From Mustelus asterias (lineage: Eukaryota): 64,000 nucleotides of DNA. The position numbers and the translations under genes are program-made. Within the stretch, counting starts at the first letter, position 1; every line of letters begins with the position of its first letter. Shown one piece after another: positions 61,536 through 64,000 of this stretch. The stretch spans positions 2,108,001-2,172,000 of the forward strand of contig NW_027590119.1 of assembly GCF_964213995.1 (NCBI RefSeq), read 5' to 3'. Below the pieces are notes generated by a model. The model saw nothing but the letters and a program-made list of their open reading frames with translations, searched no databases and was not told the origin of the DNA.

Positions 61536-63895
61536 CTACTTTACTATGCTTACAACGAGACTGCCAATATATATTGCTGCATGTTTCAATTCTTCTCGGA
61601 ATTTCCTCTGCGTCACTGCATAAATACACGTGTTAGTGCAACAGCTCAGCAGCTGCAGCATGTTTCCACTTTCTTGGCGAATAAATTTTGGGTCATTGAA
61701 ATTGGATCCTCCGAAATATGCTTCATTTGTAATTTTCACATAGAGGAAATCCAAAACGTATGTCATCCACAACAGAATGAAACTTCCTGAGATGGCGAAG
61801 AGTAAAACAACAGATTTCTTCCTGTTCTTCATTTCTGGATCACTCTGATTATCTGCACTGCTGTGAGCCCGGAGTCGACGGCGGGATCTACTAGCCGCCA
61901 GGATGTGTCTGACGGTCAGTGCATTAAACAACAAAATCAGAAGGAATGGCAGAATGGGATTTAATATACGTGCAAACCAATCATAGGCTGTCCATGAGAA
62001 GGAAGTGTAGAAAGCTGACTTTATATTACAAAACCATGGCACATTGTTCATTATATAGAGCGGTTCATACATAAAATACCAGGGAATGCTTTTTAAACAA
62101 CTCAACAAACAGACCATTCCAATCACCACAGCTGCTGTTTTCTCGGTGCAATAGTTTGCTTGCAGTTTCTGGCAGCAAATGGCTACATAACGATCAAAGG
62201 TGAAAACGACGGTTAACCAGACAGAACTCTCCGTGGCTGCATAGATTATCACAGTACTCAGAGTACAGGCTGGAGTCAACGACAAAAAACTTACTGGAAA
62301 ATAAAGGCCAATAATCCGGTTGAAGATCACAGCGGTGACAACGACAAGGAGATCCGTCACTGCCATGGAAACCAGATATCGAGTGATGCATTTGGAGAGA
62401 CCACACCTTCCTCGGGAGAGGATCACAATCGCCATCAAGTTAACTGAGAGCAAAAGCAAAATTAAAGTTGTAAATTTATTCAACAAATTCCAAGCACACG
62501 CATGGGTGCTGCGGGTTTTTTTGTGACACTTTTGCTGGTTTATCTTCGTTATGGAAGACAGCTATTCTTGGCTTTTCAAGGTTAATTATATTTCAAAAAG
62601 AGCTACAAGGGCAGACTCCATTTATGTCGCAAATTTAACGCAAAGGGTGTCTCAAGTCGCTTCACAGGAAAGCAATGCAGCAAAATTTGACACCTAATAA
62701 CATGAGGCGATATTAAGTTAAATGCTGAATAACTTGACAATGAGATACACTTAAGGAAACTATATAATGAGCAGAGTGAGGAAGAATGGCAATGGCAGCA
62801 ATTGCAATGTTTGGGACCGAAAGGCTGTAGATCTCCGGGTTGCATGTAAAATTCGGCATTCAAGCTTTGGACCATGTAGCAGATAAGCAGAATATCCTGT
62901 AAATACGCTTGACATATTAGTTACACCTGCGTGGTTAAAATGTATAATGTGATAAGGATTTGGTTTGGCTTGTTAGGATTCCACGGGAATATATTCAGTA
63001 AGTATGATGTGTCAAATTAACACAATTTAAGGAGCATCAGATGTGTTTTAATCAGAAATCCCGCTTGCTGGGAAAATACATTTCCAATCTGTTGAGCAAT
63101 GACACTAATTGTTCCGTAATGAGAAGTGAAAAAAAGGATATATATTGTCTGGAGTTTCGAAGAGTAAAGGCGATCTTGTTGAAACAAACAAACTTCTCGA
63201 AAGGCTTGACAGAGTAAATACTGGAAGGTTGTGCCCGCTGATTTTGGAATCATGCCCAAAGATTGTATTGCTGGAAATGTTTTCTCACGTTTCCCCCTGT
63301 AGCTGAATGCCCAGGAACTATAGGTTACAAAGATATGAAAAACCTTGCCTCGGTATATGCATGCTGGCAAGAACAGCCACAGAGTATTGAATGTGTCAGA
63401 GACTTAATGAGCAAGGCTTACGTTTAAGTAAAATACATATTTCAGTGATGAAAAGACGGGCTACCACTGAGCAATAATGTTTTAGAAGAAACCTGGAAAC
63501 AATTATGTCATGTTCTTTATTACCATAATGAGCGCTAACTTCATAAATCAATCATAGAAATCATAGGAACATAGAAACCCTACAGTGCAGAAGGAGGCCA
63601 TTCGGCCCATCGAGTCTGCACCGACCACAATCCCACCCAGGCCCTACCCCCACATATTTTACCCACTAATCCCTCTAACCTACACATCCCAGGACTCTAA
63701 GGGGCAATTTTTTAACCTGGCCAATCAACCTAACCCGCACATCTTTGGACTTTCATTAACTCATTAAATCATTAACTTGACGCATCAATGATGCGTCAAG
63801 TTAATGATTTAGTACCACGACTTACCTGGAACTCCAATGGCAGCAAGAATTGGATAGTAAATGGCATAAACTACACCAGATATTCGCCCGTGCAT
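61536..63895 (-). CDS. Class A GPCR, GPR139/GPR142-like (exon 1 63895-63826, exon 2 62443-61536)
   Basis: Exon 1 MHGRISGVVYAIYYPILAAIGVP with GTAAG donor splices in phase 1 to VNLMAIVILSRGRCGLS; seven hydrophobic segments, FTFDRYVAIC motif, TM7 LSCCTNTCIY and helix 8 QRKFREELK. Confidence 0.9.
63765..63811. repeat. Perfect 23-bp inverted repeat with a 1-nt spacer
   Basis: TAAATCATTAACTTGACGCATCA-A-TGATGCGTCAAGTTAATGATTTA. Confidence 0.92.
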
Positions 63896-64000
63896 TCTGT
63901 ATGAGAAAAGATGACAGTTAAACACAAAGATTCTCTGTTACAAAGTCACAGGCACCCACATTAATACTGTTGGAAATCTACAGGGACGCAATTAATTTCC

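Noticed and set aside
62444-62486. ORF-track N-terminus MLNKFTTLILLLLS of the GPCR
   Set aside because: This is the intron polypyrimidine tract; the real N-terminus is exon 1 at 63895-63826.

Overview
Vertebrate genomic DNA, almost certainly a cartilaginous fish (shark), judged by its HE1-type SINEs, CR1/HER1-type LINEs, 'MEKPWKC' C2H2 zinc-finger genes and a GPR139/142-like GPCR. The window is part of a T-cell receptor alpha/delta-type V locus. It holds five V segments in alternating orientation (+,-,+,-,+), each followed by a 23-bp-spacer RSS. Two look fully intact, one has a Trp41->Arg change, one has leader and V in a single exon, and one is a pseudogene split by a CR1 insertion. The V segments are interleaved with a cluster of C2H2 zinc-finger genes with no effector domain in their ORFs (three open genes with 11, 10 and 6 fingers, plus two pseudogene copies). 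A roughly 11-kb inverted segmental duplication (about 1059-12544 versus 36002-49589) brackets the first V pair; its flanks are near-identical but its zinc-finger arrays differ in finger number and contact residues. Also present: a 5'-truncated Tx1-clade retrotransposon, Penelope-derived palindromic insertions carrying minimal hammerhead ribozyme cores, two tRNA-Gln-derived pseudogenes between facing RSSs, a CRE-motif array upstream of one V gene, minisatellites, a 140-N gap and a two-exon GPR139-like gene at the right end. No D, J or C segments were seen. All alignments were made by eye; no searches were run.
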